From Promethearchaeota archaeon (GTDB lineage Archaea; Asgardarchaeota; Lokiarchaeia; Sigyniarchaeales; SOKP01), in contig RDOA01000006.1 in NCBI GenBank assembly GCA_011364925.1, positions 1 to 64,000 on the forward strand: a DNA stretch of 64,000 nt, written 5' to 3'. How positions within the stretch are numbered: the first letter of the stretch is position 1; the number at the start of each line of letters is the position of its first letter. Below are positions 47,962 through 57,790 of this stretch, piece by piece. The position numbers and the translations under genes were made by a program. Below the pieces are notes generated by a model. It was given only the letters and a program-made list of their open reading frames with translations, was not told the origin of the DNA and searched no databases.

Positions 47962-48087
47962 TTATATACTATTATTCTTTGTTTTGATAATTATTGAATT
48001 AGTATAATTATAATAAGTAAGTTTAATAAATAAAGGATTATAAATAATGTGAATAAGGAAAATTGAAGCTTAGAGAATTAAAAATAG

Positions 48088-49260
48088 TTATATTCCTATG
48101 CCAATTGTATTGCCTATTCCTGCAACAATAACTTTTGCTCCCTTTTCAGTACGTTTCCTGATTCTCATCTTTAATTTCTCGACAATAGGATGCACACTTT
48201 TAGTGATTGGACGTGACATAGTTGTGATTGCATTCTCTAAAGATTGACTGCAGATTAAAGCTTCAATTGGAATTCCTTTCTTATTTTGGGTATTTTCATT
48301 CATCATAGATTCCTCAATATAGTACTTCTCGACACCAGGTCCACCAATTGCAGCACCAACCCCGATAACTATAGAACCTGTTTTATCACTTGAAAGTTTC
48401 AAACCCGCATCAATCGTTATAATTCTAGAAATAGATTCTCCATGTTCTTCAACTAACTTTTTTATTGCAGTCCCTGGTTTTCCGACAGTTCCTCCAGGAC
48501 CTTTAGCTCGAACCACATATACCGTTCTATCTTCGAATAAGACTTCTTGGACAATGGTTTCTTTTGCGATTTCTTTAGCCTCTACATCGTTTGAATTAGC
48601 AACGTCTCTTACAAAACTACCGGCAACTAGAGGTCCGAGTGCGTCTCCAATTGGACTACCTTCCGCAAAGGCTTTGGTAGCGTGAAAGTATGATTTACCC
48701 AAAGCAAGAATAATCGACATTTGCATAGAGATTTGCATAAGGATAATGTAAGATTTCGATTTTTTACCTAGAATTAAGTAATGTTTTACAAGTCTACAAA
48801 CAAAATCGACGGCCATTGCGGCTTCAAAAATATTTTCTAAATTTTGTGCTTGGTATGATTCAGAATCGATATTGGGGGCTAACTCTTTAATTTCTTCTTT
48901 AAATCTGTCGTCTCTTACATCAAAAATGTGAGCTAATTTTGGAATAATACCAAATGGATCAAGACTAACTGGAGTTATCGCAACAAAAGTCATAAAATTC
49001 TCAATTTTTAACATTAAATCTTTTTCAGTTTCATTTTTATTCGCGTATTTCTTGAAATTTGATAATAAAATTTGTTTACACTCGTCATTCCATTTTTTAA
49101 GCTTTTCTAATCCTGACTCGATCTCTTTTTGTGATCTCCAAGCTTGAAGCTTTGTCCCGTAAAACATCGATACAAAAATTAACGCAAACCAAAGCAAATT
49201 AAAAATTAACGCGAGAGGATCGCTTCCCGTTTGACCGAACTGCATTAGTTGTATTAACAT
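48088..49260 (-). CDS. DUF1512 family protein
   Basis: N-terminal TM; PV.LDP.GI, PIGDALGPLVA, KGPGGTVGKPG, IDAGLKL and GIGNTIGI motifs. Confidence 0.85.
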   Translation of the reverse strand: MLIQLMQFGQTGSDPLALIFNLLWFALIFVSMFYGTKLQAWRSQKEIESGLEKLKKWNDECKQILLSNFKKYANKNETEKDLMLKIENFMTFVAITPVSLDPFGIIPKLAHIFDVRDDRFKEEIKELAPNIDSESYQAQNLENIFEAAMAVDFVCRLVKHYLILGKKSKSYIILMQISMQMSIILALGKSYFHATKAFAEGSPIGDALGPLVAGSFVRDVANSNDVEAKEIAKETIVQEVLFEDRTVYVVRAKGPGGTVGKPGTAIKKLVEEHGESISRIITIDAGLKLSSDKTGSIVIGVGAAIGGPGVEKYYIEESMMNENTQNKKGIPIEALICSQSLENAITTMSRPITKSVHPIVEKLKMRIRKRTEKGAKVIVAGIGNTIGIGI

Positions 49261-49409
49261 TACTGCGCTATCCTTCCTTTAAATAACAATTTTAATTGAA
49301 AGATTAAATCTATTAAGTTTTCATAATAACAAAATTTATTTAGTCTTATATTCTTTTCTATTATAGAGTATAGTTTACCCTATATTATTACAAGAACTTA
49401 AAGATATTC

Positions 49410-49847
49410 ATGATCGACGAAGAAGACGACGAGGAAGTTTTAAAGAAAAAGTGGTCTTTGAAGACTATTCTAAAAAATCTTGTTTTAATTGGCTTGATTG
49501 TTATTGGTATAGCATTTATGTATATCGGTGGACCCGATCCAACAATGAATCTTATTATTGGTTTTACATTCATTTGTTTAGGAGTTTCAATCATTCAAAT
49601 GAAAAAACCCCCGAAAGATCCAGTAAGACAGACATTAACAATATTGAAATGCAATAATTGTGGATCGATTGAGGTAAAGAACTACGAAGAAGGAGATTTT
49701 GTATTTAAATCAAAGGGAGTTTGCACCAAGTGCGCTGGATCTCTGGAAGTAATTCAGATTTATAGTGTCAAATTAAAGAAAGCTAAAGATAAGGGTAAAA
49801 AACTAGAGAAAGACAAAGAAACCTTGAAACAGACTATAAAGATTTAA
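49410..49847 (+). CDS. Conserved archaeal-type protein with 2 TM helices and a zinc ribbon
   Basis: Two TM helices followed by CNNC...EEGDFVFK...CTKC. Confidence 0.75.
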   Translation: MIDEEDDEEVLKKKWSLKTILKNLVLIGLIVIGIAFMYIGGPDPTMNLIIGFTFICLGVSIIQMKKPPKDPVRQTLTILKCNNCGSIEVKNYEEGDFVFKSKGVCTKCAGSLEVIQIYSVKLKKAKDKGKKLEKDKETLKQTIKI

Positions 49848-49874
49848 ATTTTATAATGGTTAGGTGTTTCTCTA

Positions 49875-50321
49875 ATTTTAAACAAAATAGGGATGGGCGG
49901 AACTTTTGATCATCTCCATGATGGGCATAAGTATTTATTAAGAACAGCTTTAAAATTATCGAATTTCGTTGAGATTGGGTTAACATCCCAAGAATTACTA
50001 AAAAATAAAAAAGCTTCTTCTAAACTCGAAGATTATGATACAAGAAAAGCGAATTTAAAGGCGTTTATTAGTTCTTTTACTGACATAAACAGAATTAACA
50101 TCGTAGAGATTAAGGATTGGGACGATATGGCCAGATATTCTCAAGATCCTGATTATGAGGGATTAATTTTAAGTCAAGAAACATATTTAAATGCCGTTAA
50201 ATTGAACGAGCTTAGAGAAGAGAAAGGTCTTGCTCCACTTATTTTGATTGTAATTCCTCTTCTAAAAGATGAAAATAACAAGATAATTAACTCAACGGCT
50301 ATTAGAGAAAAATTAGAGTAG
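49875..50321 (+). CDS. coaD: Phosphopantetheine adenylyltransferase (archaeal/eukaryotic type); probable ATT start at 49875
   Basis: GGTFDHLHDGH (HIGH), SQET, N..R..KGL and NSTAIR motifs. The beta-strand before GGTFD (ILNKIGM) requires a start upstream of ATG 49893; an AGGTG SD precedes the ATT. Confidence 0.88.
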   Translation: MLNKIGMGGTFDHLHDGHKYLLRTALKLSNFVEIGLTSQELLKNKKASSKLEDYDTRKANLKAFISSFTDINRINIVEIKDWDDMARYSQDPDYEGLILSQETYLNAVKLNELREEKGLAPLILIVIPLLKDENNKIINSTAIREKLE

Positions 50322-50387
50322 GAAAATTTTTTAGTGAAGATTACTAAACTACTATTGTAATTAATGAATACTTGAGATGAGAAAATT

Positions 50388-50477
50388 TTGAAAAGTCATA
50401 GAGATATTTTATCTATCAAGGACAATTTCAATCAAGTATCATTTTTCTTCAAATTCTTTATTTTGCCAAGGGAATAA
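50388..50477 (+). CDS. Putative Phe-rich leader peptide MKSHRDILSIKDNFNQVSFFFKFFILPRE (29 aa) upstream of pheS-pheT-pheA
   Basis: TTG start 7 nt after an SD-like GAGATGA; five Phe codons within six positions (50442-50459); the last codons overlap the 5' arm of a 10-bp inverted repeat. Confidence 0.5.
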   Translation: MKSHRDILSIKDNFNQVSFFFKFFILPRE

Positions 50478-50506
50478 CAATCTGATCGTAAATTTTTTCC
50501 CTTGGC
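50465..50506 (+). promoter_or_regulatory. Hairpin GCCAAGGGAA-N22-TTCCCTTGGC, candidate attenuator structure
   Basis: Perfect 10-bp GC-rich inverted repeat in AT-rich intergenic DNA, with a T6 tract at 50493-50498 entering the 3' arm. Confidence 0.55.
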
Positions 50507-50682
50507 TGCTGATATTTAGTTGAATATTCTCTTTTAAAGAAAATTACTGGTTTATTCAACTGTTTTGTATTGTTCTAATTCATGAAAGAATAAATTAAAA
50601 CGATATGCTCCACGAAAGATTTAAAAAGGTTAGAGATTTAGAAAAAATATAACGAAAAGCAAATAATTTTTGATTTTTAGAT

Positions 50683-52218
50683 ATGACAATCAAATTAAAG
50701 AAACAAGTAATAGAAATTCTCAGTGTACTTAAGAAAAAGAAAACTGAACAGATTGCATCATTATTAGCAAATGAGTTGAATATAGATTATATTGTTCTTA
50801 TGGCAGCTGTCAACGATCTAATTGAATACGATTTGGGAGGCTTTAAAGAAGAAGAAATAAATCAGATATCTTTAAACGATGAAGGACGCAAATATTTGGA
50901 GGAGGGATTACCCGAAAATCAATTATTAGAAATAATGAGGGTTTCTAATGCTAAGGAGATTAGCATGGAAGACTTACTAAGTAAATCTAAGTTAGATAAG
51001 CACATTTTTTATATCGGACTTTCAAACATGAGAAAAAATCGTTGGATTGCCCAAAGTAAAGCAACAGGAGAAAATAAGATATTTTTAGTAACTGAAAAAT
51101 TTCCAGAAACGGATGTTGAAAAATTTTTAAAGTCGTTTAAAGCGCAACCCACCCGTGATTATTCAAAATTATCAAAAAGTGAATTAATACAATATGATCT
51201 CTTAAATAAAAGAAAATTGTTTACGAAACAAAACAAAACGCAGCGTTCAATCTTTCTTACTGACAAGGGTAAATCAATTAAAATGTCTGATATAAAAGAA
51301 TTGAAGTACATTAGTAAAATTACATCTGAAATGCTCAGTTCTGGTACTTGGAGGAATTACGATTTAAAACCTTTTGATGTGTCTAAGTCAGGTCCTACTT
51401 TAAAAGCAGGGAAAATTCACCCATTAATTAGACTTATCAACGAAATTAGAGAAGTTTTCATTTCAATGGGTTTTACCGAAATAAGAGGTCCCATTGTAGA
51501 AAGCGCATTCTTTAATTTTGATGCACTGTTTCAACCACAGGATCATCCTGCCAGGGAATTACAGGACACATTTTATCTTAACAATCCTAAATTTGCAAAA
51601 TTACCTGAAAAAGATCGGGTACTGGCTGTTAAAGCAACTCACGAAAATGGTGGAGATTCTAAGTCGCTTGGTTGGAGATACCAATGGGATGAGAATATTG
51701 CTAAGCAAACAGTATTAAGAACGCATACAACAGCAACAACCATGAGACGATTAGCACAATTTTATAGAACTAATGATAAAACTCCTGTAAAAGTTTTTTG
51801 CATAGATAGAGTTTTTAGAAATGAGAAATTAGATAAATCCCATTTAGCAGAGTTTACTCAAATAGAAGGCATTGTTATTGATGAGAATGTTAATTTGAGC
51901 GATTTGATTGGCTTACTTTCAGAATTTTACAGGAAAATAGGATTTAAAAAGATTATCACGCGTCCTGGATTTTTTCCATATACCGAACCAAGCATGGAAG
52001 TTTCAGTTTATTATGATAAGTTAGGTGAGTGGTTAGAGATGGGAGGATCAGGAATTTTCAGACCAGAAGTCACATATCCTTGGGGCATCAAGGATCCTAC
52101 TAGAGTTTTAGCTTGGGGTCAAGGCCTAGAACGTATTGCGATGTTATACTACGACCGGCAAGATATGAGAGATTTATATATTAATCCAATAAAGTGGTTA
52201 CGGCAGCAACCATATTAA
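50683..52218 (+). CDS. pheS: Phenylalanine--tRNA ligase alpha subunit (archaeal type)
   Basis: N-terminal wHTH extension; GKIHP, FNFDALFQPQDHPARELQDTF, LRTHTT, RVFRNE, FFPYTEPS and GLER motifs. Confidence 0.97.
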   Translation: MTIKLKKQVIEILSVLKKKKTEQIASLLANELNIDYIVLMAAVNDLIEYDLGGFKEEEINQISLNDEGRKYLEEGLPENQLLEIMRVSNAKEISMEDLLSKSKLDKHIFYIGLSNMRKNRWIAQSKATGENKIFLVTEKFPETDVEKFLKSFKAQPTRDYSKLSKSELIQYDLLNKRKLFTKQNKTQRSIFLTDKGKSIKMSDIKELKYISKITSEMLSSGTWRNYDLKPFDVSKSGPTLKAGKIHPLIRLINEIREVFISMGFTEIRGPIVESAFFNFDALFQPQDHPARELQDTFYLNNPKFAKLPEKDRVLAVKATHENGGDSKSLGWRYQWDENIAKQTVLRTHTTATTMRRLAQFYRTNDKTPVKVFCIDRVFRNEKLDKSHLAEFTQIEGIVIDENVNLSDLIGLLSEFYRKIGFKKIITRPGFFPYTEPSMEVSVYYDKLGEWLEMGGSGIFRPEVTYPWGIKDPTRVLAWGQGLERIAMLYYDRQDMRDLYINPIKWLRQQPY

Positions 52219-52235
52219 ATTGAGGTGAAAATATA

Positions 52236-53912
52236 ATACCAACCCTTGAATTAAAAATTGATAGGTTAGAAAGATTAGTTGGAAAGAATCTAAATATAGA
52301 TGAGTTAGAATACGACTTGCAATGGATTGGATTAGATCTAGAGGATATTAATAGAGAAGAACAGACGATTAAAATTGAATATAATCCTAATAGACCAGAT
52401 TTCTCATCACCAGAGGGAATAGCAAGGGCTTTGCAGGGTTATTATGAAGTTAAATTAGGTGTTCCAACATTTGACATACAACTAGGTGAAGTCGTACTTA
52501 ATGTAGATCCTAGTGTTAAAAAAGTAAGACCATATATAGTATGCGGGATCATCCGTAATATAGATTTAGACGAAGAAGAAGTTGCTACTCTAATGAATAT
52601 CCAAGAACACCTTCACTGGGCTGTTGGAAGGGACAGAAAAAAGGTCGCAATTGGTGTACATGATTTAGATAAGGTCAAACCGCCCTATAGGTATACTGCT
52701 GTAAAACCAGATTCAGTGAGTTTTACTCCTTTACATGGAGATGGATATCCAATGAATTTAGAAGAGATTCTACTCCTTCATGATAAAGGTATAGAATATG
52801 CTCACATTTTAGAGGGAAAAGAGGTGTACCCCATCATTTTTGATGATAATAACGAAGTGCTATCCTTTCCACCAGTTATTAACGGAGTTCTTACAACTGT
52901 TACTGATGAAACTAAAAATTTGTTCTTAGATTTGACCGGGACTGATTTTAATGCAGTGAATCTTGCATTAAACATTTTGTCCACTACTTTATCAGACATG
53001 GGGGCTAAAATCGAAAGTGTTACAGTAAATTATGAAGGAGAAAAAGAGATCGTAACTCCTAATTTAGATTCTACTAAGTGGCAAGTTGAGATTGACTTTA
53101 TAAATAGTTACCTTGGTTTAAAGTTAACTCCATCTGATATGATAAAGTGCTTTCAGAAAGTTCGGATCGATGCTAAAGAATCTAAGAGAAAAGGCTTTTT
53201 GGACATATATATACCTGCTTTTCGTGGAGATATTATGCATCCCGTCGATCTAACTGAGGAAGTTGCCATTGGATACGGTTATTTTAATATTCCAAAAACA
53301 ATCAGAGAGGGATGTATAGGAGAATACCATCCAGTTCAAGTCTTTTCGGACAAAATACGAACAATTATGATTGGAGCAGGTTATCTAGAAGTTATTAATT
53401 TCATTTTATCTAGCTCTGAAAAACAATATACTTTAATGAGCCAAAAATTCAACGAATCAAAGCTGATTCAGATTGCAAATCCAGTTTCAAAAGAATATAA
53501 TACAACTAGAACAACAATTTTACCTAATTTAATGGATACAATACGTTTTAATAGGTCCGAAGAAAAACCAATTAGGATTTTTGAAGTTGGAGATGTTGTA
53601 GTTCTAGCGCCTAAAGAAGAAACTGGAGCTAAGCGCGAAATTCACCTTTCAGCAGTATCTTATCATGAGGACGCGGACTTTACTGAAATTAGATCAACTT
53701 TAGATTTTATTATGACTGCGCTCGGATTATATAATGAATTTGAGGTAAAAGTTGGGAGTAATCTTAGCTATATTAATGGACGTTATGGCGATATTTATTT
53801 TAAAGGCACCAAGATTGGAGAAATCGGAGAAATCAATCCAGAGGTTCTGTTAAATTTTAAATTAGAATTTCCAGTTGCGGCATTAGAATTAAATTTAGAA
53901 AAAGTTCTGTAA
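52236..53912 (+). CDS. pheT: Phenylalanine--tRNA ligase beta subunit; probable ATA start at 52236
   Basis: NRPDF, SFPPVIN, R.DIMH.VD..EEVAIGYGY and IFEVG motifs. The frame is open upstream of TTG 52317 as ATA-CCA-ACC-CTT (MPTL..., the typical archaeal PheT start), 7 nt after GAGGTGA. Confidence 0.95.
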   Translation: MPTLELKIDRLERLVGKNLNIDELEYDLQWIGLDLEDINREEQTIKIEYNPNRPDFSSPEGIARALQGYYEVKLGVPTFDIQLGEVVLNVDPSVKKVRPYIVCGIIRNIDLDEEEVATLMNIQEHLHWAVGRDRKKVAIGVHDLDKVKPPYRYTAVKPDSVSFTPLHGDGYPMNLEEILLLHDKGIEYAHILEGKEVYPIIFDDNNEVLSFPPVINGVLTTVTDETKNLFLDLTGTDFNAVNLALNILSTTLSDMGAKIESVTVNYEGEKEIVTPNLDSTKWQVEIDFINSYLGLKLTPSDMIKCFQKVRIDAKESKRKGFLDIYIPAFRGDIMHPVDLTEEVAIGYGYFNIPKTIREGCIGEYHPVQVFSDKIRTIMIGAGYLEVINFILSSSEKQYTLMSQKFNESKLIQIANPVSKEYNTTRTTILPNLMDTIRFNRSEEKPIRIFEVGDVVVLAPKEETGAKREIHLSAVSYHEDADFTEIRSTLDFIMTALGLYNEFEVKVGSNLSYINGRYGDIYFKGTKIGEIGEINPEVLLNFKLEFPVAALELNLEKVL

Positions 53913-53952
53913 CATTTTCAGAATAGTTTAAAAAAATCATATTGGGAGTAAA

Positions 53953-55053
53953 ATGAGCGAAGAAGAAAAAGTAATTAAAGAATTGGAAGAGTTAAGAAAG
54001 AATATTGATGACATTGATGATACTATTGTTGATCTTCTTAATAAAAGAGCTAATGCGGTGATTAAAATTGGAAATCTCAAGAAATCTTTGAATTTAGAAA
54101 TTTTTCAACCAGCAAGAGAAGAAGAGATAAAGAACAGGCTGGTTAATAAGTCAACTATTTTCAAAAAAAGTAGTATCGAGGCAATTTGGAAAGAAATAAT
54201 TAGTGCAAGCAAATTGATTCAAGGAACTATTACAAAAGTAGGGTTTCTTGGTCCTAATGGCACTTTCACACATCAAGCGGCTCTTGATTACTTTGCTAAG
54301 GCGGGAACTCAATTTGTTCCCTTTGATTCAATGCAAGAAATCTTCGATAATATAGATAAAAAAACACTTGACTTTGGGATTGTTCCTATTGAGAATAGTC
54401 TTCAGGGAACAGTACGAGAAACTCTAGATTTGCTAATCGAAAATGATTTATTTATTTATGGTGAAATTGAGGTAAGAGTGATCCAAAATTTAATTTCGTT
54501 AAAGGCTACAGAAATATCGGATATCAAACATATTTTTTCTCACCCTCAAGCTTTTGCACAGACAAGAATTTGGTTAAAATCAAATTTGCCAACAGCTAAA
54601 ATTATAGAGGTACACTCAACTGCTGAAGCTGTTCGTAGAGTTAGAAAGTTGGAGGATAAATCTTATGCGGCTATTGGGACTGAATTTGCTGCTGAAATTT
54701 ATGAGTTAAAAATTTTAAGCTCAAATATCGAGGACGAGAAGTCTAATTATACGAGATTCTTAATAATATCTAAAAATGAAAATCCATTGAAAACCGAACA
54801 TATGAAAACATCGATTGTTTTTGTTACAAAACATATCCCTGGAGCTCTATATTGGGTATTAAAAATATTCTCTGATGCAGATATAAATTTATCAAAAATA
54901 GAATCGAGACCACGTAGAAAAGGAAAATGGGAATATATCTTCTTCATGGATTTTGAAGCCGATAAAGATAATCCTAAAGCGGTAAAAGCCCTTGAGCTAA
55001 TGAAAGCAAATGTGATTTGGCATAAAGTTCTTGGATCTTTCCCTATTAAATAA
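53953..55053 (+). CDS. pheA: Chorismate mutase / prephenate dehydratase (P-protein)
   Basis: N-terminal CM domain (LRKNIDDID...R), then LGPNGTF, PIENS.QG, SHPQA, NYTRF and ACT-domain IESRP. Confidence 0.95.
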   Translation: MSEEEKVIKELEELRKNIDDIDDTIVDLLNKRANAVIKIGNLKKSLNLEIFQPAREEEIKNRLVNKSTIFKKSSIEAIWKEIISASKLIQGTITKVGFLGPNGTFTHQAALDYFAKAGTQFVPFDSMQEIFDNIDKKTLDFGIVPIENSLQGTVRETLDLLIENDLFIYGEIEVRVIQNLISLKATEISDIKHIFSHPQAFAQTRIWLKSNLPTAKIIEVHSTAEAVRRVRKLEDKSYAAIGTEFAAEIYELKILSSNIEDEKSNYTRFLIISKNENPLKTEHMKTSIVFVTKHIPGALYWVLKIFSDADINLSKIESRPRRKGKWEYIFFMDFEADKDNPKAVKALELMKANVIWHKVLGSFPIK

Positions 55054-55195
55054 AGTATATTGATATAATTTTCTTAAAATGTTCATTATGCTTCTTTAGT
55101 ATTATTTATTCGTGTTCTTTTTTAATAATTTAATATTATAAATAATATTCTTTTTTTTAAAAAAGTAGAATTTATAACAATCTGGTTTTGCTTGA

Positions 55196-55924
55196 ATGGA
55201 AGGAAATTTAAGGATTAACGGAAGAAAATTTGACGAGATTCGAAAAACTACTTTTGAGCGAAATTTTCTGAAATACCCTGAGGGTTCAGTTTTGGTTACT
55301 CAAGGAAGTACAAAAGTTATCGTAACAGCTTCGGTTATGGAGAATGTTCCTAGATTTTTACAAGATACAGGGACTGGATGGATTACTGCCGAATATAATA
55401 TGCTACCTAGAGCAACTTTATCACGAAATCCAAGAGAAAGAGAAAGATCAGGTATAAAAGGAAGAACTTACGAAATTCAACGCCTAATTGGTAGGAGCAT
55501 GAGAGCCGCTTTCAACTATGAAAAACTCGGTGAACGAACAATTAAAGTGGATTGCGATGTTATACAAGCAGATGGGGGAACTAGATGTGCATCTATCACC
55601 GGTGCTTTTATTGCTGTTTTTGATGCTATCAATTACCTTTACAACCAACAGAGAATTTACGATTTTCCTGATTATAAGGTTACTGCTGCTATATCTCTTG
55701 GAATTAAAAATAATAAAGTAATTTTAGATTTAGATTACGAAGAAGATTCTAAAGTAGATGTTGATTTCAACTTAGTCGCCAATGAAGATTTGGAATTGAT
55801 CGAAATTCAAGGAACCGCGGAAGGAGCACCATTTAACAAGGAAAAACTCAATGAAATAATAACAGTCGGCGAGAAAGGCGTACTGGAACTCATTAACCTC
55901 CAAAAACAGGTTTTAAATTTATAG
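55196..55924 (+). CDS. rph: Ribonuclease PH, bacterial type
   Basis: GWITAEYNMLPRAT, RTYEIQRLIGRSMRA, DCDVIQADGGTR, DLDYEEDS and IEIQGTAE motifs. Confidence 0.92.
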   Translation: MEGNLRINGRKFDEIRKTTFERNFLKYPEGSVLVTQGSTKVIVTASVMENVPRFLQDTGTGWITAEYNMLPRATLSRNPRERERSGIKGRTYEIQRLIGRSMRAAFNYEKLGERTIKVDCDVIQADGGTRCASITGAFIAVFDAINYLYNQQRIYDFPDYKVTAAISLGIKNNKVILDLDYEEDSKVDVDFNLVANEDLELIEIQGTAEGAPFNKEKLNEIITVGEKGVLELINLQKQVLNL

Positions 55925-55935
55925 GTAAAAAAAAC

Positions 55936-56526
55936 TTATTGTTTTTCTAATGACGCTCCACATAAAGTACAATACTTAGCATTAATTTTTACCTGACTAT
56001 AACAATAGGGACATATTTTAAATTGATCGCTTCCAGATGGTTGAATTTCATCAGTTCGGGCTTTTATAGGAGTCTTTGGGGTTCTTCTTCTAATAAGAAT
56101 GAAAATCGTCATAGTTATCAATACAGCTATTCCGATTCCAATACTCGTTAGCAGTATTGGGATTAAGTTAGGAGGTTCGGGCGGTAGTGGAGGGATATAC
56201 AAAACAACTACTATTGATTTTTCTATTTCTATGTTACCAACAGCATCAATTGATTGATATGTAATCATATAAACACCTGAATCATAACCTGATAGAGTAA
56301 AGGCTCCTGTATATGAAATCCAAGAAGAGTCGTCGATTTTATATAGAGTGGTTGATACGCCTGATTCAGAGTTATCTGTCGCTATTAATGAGAATAGGGT
56401 TGAAGCATTTACTTCATTAATTCCACTGTAAGGTACAAAACTTATCGATGTTACCGATGCATTTAGGTCTCTTAAGATATAGCTTGGGTTAACTGAAAAT
56501 ATAATAAAAAGAGTAGATGCTTTCAA
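55936..56526 (-). CDS. Membrane protein with an OmpL47-type/Ig-like repeat, Pro-rich linker, TM and C-terminal zinc ribbon (possibly N-terminally truncated)
   Basis: ATDN.ESGV..T.YKID...W..Y...F......G...I.Y.S.D.VGN.E repeat unit, PPLPPEPP, a TM helix and CPYC..YCTLCG. Confidence 0.7.
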   Translation of the reverse strand: MKASTLFIIFSVNPSYILRDLNASVTSISFVPYSGINEVNASTLFSLIATDNSESGVSTTLYKIDDSSWISYTGAFTLSGYDSGVYMITYQSIDAVGNIEIEKSIVVVLYIPPLPPEPPNLIPILLTSIGIGIAVLITMTIFILIRRRTPKTPIKARTDEIQPSGSDQFKICPYCYSQVKINAKYCTLCGASLEKQ

Positions 56527-56537
56527 AAGGGAATAAC

Positions 56538-57689
56538 TTAATGTGCTTCAATTCCAAGCATTTCCGGATGTCTTTGGAAGTAATTGACTCCTTCCTTAAT
56601 GATGTCAAGGATAGATCTTACAGGTCTCCATCCTGTTTCTTTGACAATCTTGTCGTTCCTGCCAATTAACAAGGGAACTTCACTAGGTCGCATACGTTGA
56701 GGATCGACAAACACATCTGCATCAATTTTATAAATACTTTTCGCTAATTTTACATAATCAGCTATAGTTATTCCCTTCCCAGAACTGATATTAAAAGGTT
56801 CACCAAATTTCTTTTTCTCGCTAAGTATTATATAAGCATTAACAGTATCTTTGACATGGGTAAAATCTCTGATAGAATTTGGATTTCCTATCACGATTTT
56901 ATCCCGCTTTTTATTTAAAATCTCTACAATTTGTCTATGAACCACACTTGTTACAAATTGAATCCCTCTTCTAGGTCCTTCGTGATTAAATCCACGAGTT
57001 ATAATGCTAGGAACTCCGTAAGAATTATGATATAACCACGCTATTTGTTCGGTTGCGCATTTAGATATCCCGTAAACACTTCTAGGTCTAAAAGGATTCC
57101 TTTTTAAATCTTCAGTTACGGGAACTTCGTTCGGATCTACTAATCCATATTGTTCGCTACTACAAGCCACTTGAACGCTATCCAAATCAGCATCATATCT
57201 ACGTGCAGCTTCAAACAGTTTGATTGTACCAATAATATTATTACTTGTTACTCTTGCGGGCTCTCGAAAAGATGTAGGAACGAATGATTCTGCTGCGAGG
57301 TGAAAGACTGCATTGGGTTGGATATCTGCAAAAATTTCGTAGGTTCTCTCTGCACTAGTTATGTCAGCTTCATGGAGTTCAATTTTCCCTCGTAAATGTT
57401 CAATATTTTCGTGCATAGGGACAGCATGTCTACGTATTGTTCCATGAATTTCGCATCCTAAATCTAGTAATTGTTCGGCTAAAAAGCTACCTGCAAATCC
57501 ACTAATGCCCGTGATTAATACTCGTTTGTCTTTCCAATAATTCTCGTTTGGTAATGTAGTTGTTCGATTTTTAAAATCTTCCAAATAATCGTCTATTTTT
57601 TCTGGGTTGATTATAAAGCCCTGTTTTTCAAGTTCGAGAACTCTGGGATTTATTTCAAGTACTTTATCAATTGGAATTAAATCATCCAT
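56538..57689 (-). CDS. GDP-mannose 4,6-dehydratase-like extended SDR
   Basis: LITGISGFAGS, FHLAAESFV, SSEQYG, YGISK, FNHEGPRRG..FV, RDF and RPSEV motifs. Confidence 0.88.
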   Translation of the reverse strand: MDDLIPIDKVLEINPRVLELEKQGFIINPEKIDDYLEDFKNRTTTLPNENYWKDKRVLITGISGFAGSFLAEQLLDLGCEIHGTIRRHAVPMHENIEHLRGKIELHEADITSAERTYEIFADIQPNAVFHLAAESFVPTSFREPARVTSNNIIGTIKLFEAARRYDADLDSVQVACSSEQYGLVDPNEVPVTEDLKRNPFRPRSVYGISKCATEQIAWLYHNSYGVPSIITRGFNHEGPRRGIQFVTSVVHRQIVEILNKKRDKIVIGNPNSIRDFTHVKDTVNAYIILSEKKKFGEPFNISSGKGITIADYVKLAKSIYKIDADVFVDPQRMRPSEVPLLIGRNDKIVKETGWRPVRSILDIIKEGVNYFQRHPEMLGIEAH

Positions 57690-57790
57690 ATTGTTACAAA
57701 TTAAAATTAGAATATAAATTAACTTAATTATTAAAAAAAAAGCTGAGTTTTAATAGAAAATGAGAATACATTTAAGAGATAGTCATATAA

